A program made the position numbers and the translations under genes. 64,000 bases of DNA, taken from assembly GCA_030603385.1 (NCBI GenBank), contig JAUVXW010000005.1:92568-156567 (forward strand). Direction: 5' to 3'. Below, piece by piece: positions 62,095 through 64,000 of the stretch (the first letter of the stretch is position 1; every line of letters begins with the position of its first letter). The notes under the pieces were generated by a model, which saw nothing but the letters and a program-made list of their open reading frames with translations, had not been told where the DNA came from and did not search any database. Origin of the DNA: Promethearchaeota archaeon (lineage in GTDB: Archaea; Asgardarchaeota; Lokiarchaeia; Sigyniarchaeales; SOKP01).

Positions 62095-62736
62095 CTAAAA
62101 ATTACGATTCTTATTTAACAAAAGAAAGATTTTTCGCTTCTTTTGCCTATTCGGGTTATCTATGATGAAATTTCCCGAAAAATCTGTGTGTTTCACAATT
62201 ATTTTGCCAGTGTTGTCCATAATTTCTTTATTTTTGGGGTAAAATTGTATAACTACTCGTCCATTAGGCTTTAAAATCTTATAAAAGGATATTGAGAGAT
62301 TTTTTAGCATTGAATACATCATTTTATCTTTCAAATCTCGAAAAATCCATTGTAATGCAGAAATAGAAATAATAGCATCAAATGTATTTGGTTTAAAAGG
62401 TGGAAAACACATATCTGCCGTAATCGGATTTAATTCTTTTATTTCATAATAATACAAAAATTCTGGAATAATATCAAGTGCCACTATCCTATATCCTATT
62501 TCTTTTAAATATGTTGCGGCAAATCCAGGCCCACTACCAGCGTCTAAGATTAGGGCGTCCTTTTTTTTTATATCTAAAAGTTCTAAAGCTCTTATTGTTA
62601 TTTTTTCTTGAATTTTCATCATATTTTTGGAGGTTGCATACTGATTTAAGATGTCTCCTCTAAAATAATCTGAAACCTTTCCATATTCTTCTTCTGGTCT
62701 CTTCTTCTTTACATTAAAATTATATTCGGTGTTCAA
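62095..62736 (-). CDS. Bud23/WBSCR22-like SSU rRNA m7G methyltransferase
   Basis: RPEE...Y...IQ..IT.RALELL, ILDAG.G.G, FDAIISISALQW, QFYPKN, FSG...D.P...K..K.FL.L. Confidence 0.8.
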   Translation of the reverse strand: MNTEYNFNVKKKRPEEEYGKVSDYFRGDILNQYATSKNMMKIQEKITIRALELLDIKKKDALILDAGSGPGFAATYLKEIGYRIVALDIIPEFLYYYEIKELNPITADMCFPPFKPNTFDAIISISALQWIFRDLKDKMMYSMLKNLSISFYKILKPNGRVVIQFYPKNKEIMDNTGKIIVKHTDFSGNFIIDNPNRQKKRKIFLLLNKNRNF

Positions 62737-62890
62737 ATTAATTATTGTTTAATCAGTTAGTTTCATTATTAAATTAGATAGAACCTATTAAGTTTTAAAT
62801 AATAAACCAAAAATTTTATTTAATTCTAAATATTTATAATTTCAATCTATTTTAATTTTTGATTCTATGTTTTAGTAAACTTGACCTATT

Positions 62891-63193
62891 ATGTCTGAAA
62901 AAGAAGAAAAACTTGTAGTGAGGAAGGCAACCATAAGTCTTAGGAGAAAATACGGAAGAACTAAGCAAATTACTATTGTTGAACGAGATGCTTTTGTCCC
63001 AAAAAAACTTGAGAAAGAAATTAAGGAATCAATTCTAAAGAAAAAATCAATTTTAGCAACTGACATTGCATTAAAATTCGATATAAGAGTTTCAACAGCA
63101 AAATTATTGTTAAAGATATATGAAGAAGAAGGATTAATCAAACTTCTAGATCCTACTTTAAAACTTAAAATTTATATTCCCACTTCTCAATAA
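62891..63193 (+). CDS. rps25e: 30S ribosomal protein eS25
   Basis: Basic N-terminus plus winged helix IALKFDIRVSTAK.LL...EEEGLIK...IY. Confidence 0.75.
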   Translation: MSEKEEKLVVRKATISLRRKYGRTKQITIVERDAFVPKKLEKEIKESILKKKSILATDIALKFDIRVSTAKLLLKIYEEEGLIKLLDPTLKLKIYIPTSQ

Positions 63194-63331
63194 ACTTTTA
63201 ATTATAATTTCAAATATAATCTACTTATTTACTCTCCCTTGTTTGAAAGAGTAAGAAATTTAAGTTTGAGATGTTTTAAATTTCATAAGGATTTGTATAC
63301 GTCATCACATTTTAAATGAACTTAACATAAA

Positions 63332-63436
63332 GCAGATGTAGCCTAGCTGGTAAGACGCCAGCTTCGAGTATATTTCTCATCATTCGAGAAAGCTGGTGCG
63401 CGGAAGCGTTCGGGGGTTCGAGTCCCTCCATCTGCG
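63332..63436 (+). tRNA. tRNA-Ser(CGA) with 22-nt intron at 37/38 (63369-63390)
   Basis: Acceptor GCAGATG/CATCTGC, G73, anticodon stem CCAGC/GCTGG, long variable arm, T-loop TTCGAGT; TTCG pairs with intron CGAG; CCA not encoded. Confidence 0.92.
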
Positions 63437-63516
63437 TTATTTAAAACCAGAAAATGGTAATTTTTAGCCTAAATTGATAAAAGAATATGCTGAAAGATTG
63501 AAAATAGAATAAAATT

Positions 63517-64000
63517 TTATTGAATAATCTGTAATATCAGGTTTTCCATTTGAGGTTTAGCAGCTTCAATCTTATCTAAAAGCGTTACTGTACTTTCTAA
63601 GTCCTTTTCATCTTCTTCTATGATAAACAACAGATAAAAATCTAGATTTCCAAATTTAAGCACTTCAATAATACCTGAAAATCTTTCTCCATTGTCAAAC
63701 TTATCAGAAAATTCATATAGCATCCGATTTTCTGCAATAATACGTTTTTGCAGGTTTAAATAAATTTCATATATCTTTAATTTCTGAGTTAATTGTAAAT
63801 GTGGACGATAAAACTCTCCTAATGTTATTCCTTTAGAATCAAATAGAGATATTAAAATTGCATTATAATTCTTACTGATTTCTGTAAATAAATTAGATAC
63901 CATTTCCATTTTTTCAAATAACATTGATAAGCCACTAGAAAAAGCATCCATTACCGATTTAATATCGAAGATCGTTGTTTCAAAGAAAAATATATCAAAG
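63517..64000 (-). CDS. C-terminal part of Rag/Gtr-like GTPase with roadblock-like domain (runs off window)
   Basis: Frame is open to the window end: FFFETTIFDIKSVMDAFS resembles Rag G5 F.TSIWD.S...AWS, followed by ISLFDSKGITLG. Confidence 0.6.
   Translation of the reverse strand, partial: FDIFFFETTIFDIKSVMDAFSSGLSMLFEKMEMVSNLFTEISKNYNAILISLFDSKGITLGEFYRPHLQLTQKLKIYEIYLNLQKRIIAENRMLYEFSDKFDNGERFSGIIEVLKFGNLDFYLLFIIEEDEKDLESTVTLLDKIEAAKPQMENLILQIIQ

Noticed and set aside
3111-63141. Many short antisense or overlapping ORFs in the track (e.g. 3111, 4685, 16537, 34216, 48831, 56805, 62872)
   Set aside because: Shadows of well-supported overlapping genes, mostly on the opposite strand, with no motifs
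1-64000. CRISPR arrays, rRNA genes, transposases, integrases
   Set aside because: No regularly spaced repeats, GC-rich rRNA-like tracts or mobile-element ORFs were seen

Overview
An AT-rich archaeal window that looks like Asgard/Lokiarchaeia, based on HEAT-LRR proteins, a gelsolin domain, longin/DENN-like proteins, small GTPases, eS25 and eukaryote-type SECIS elements. Housekeeping and metabolic genes include leuCD-like, a non-Pyl MttB/corrinoid/Hcy-methyltransferase cluster, hisS, pyrF, lig, hisGDC, AOR, a form IV RuBisCO-like protein and an intron-containing tRNA-Ser(CGA). An accessory block at about 6.9-24.2 kb holds arsenic/ArsR genes, DGC-domain and lipoyl-protein genes, and a sulfur-relay operon. 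The ORF track misses three recoding/splicing signals. (1) An hdrA-mvhD operon has five in-frame UGA (Sec) codons and one 3' SECIS. (2) A second, closely similar SECIS follows an unannotated gene next to acr3 that reads ...G-C-UGA-UGA...; this is a candidate new selenoprotein with a Cys-Sec-Sec motif. (3) A 30-nt stop-containing insertion in the active-site motif of AMP phosphorylase folds as a bulge-helix-bulge/loop, so it is a candidate tRNA-type mRNA intron. Also notable are a duplicated surface-receptor + longin/DENN-like module around a small GTPase, a Bud23-like methyltransferase and a Rag-like GTPase fragment. All calls come from reading the sequence by eye; no database searches were run.
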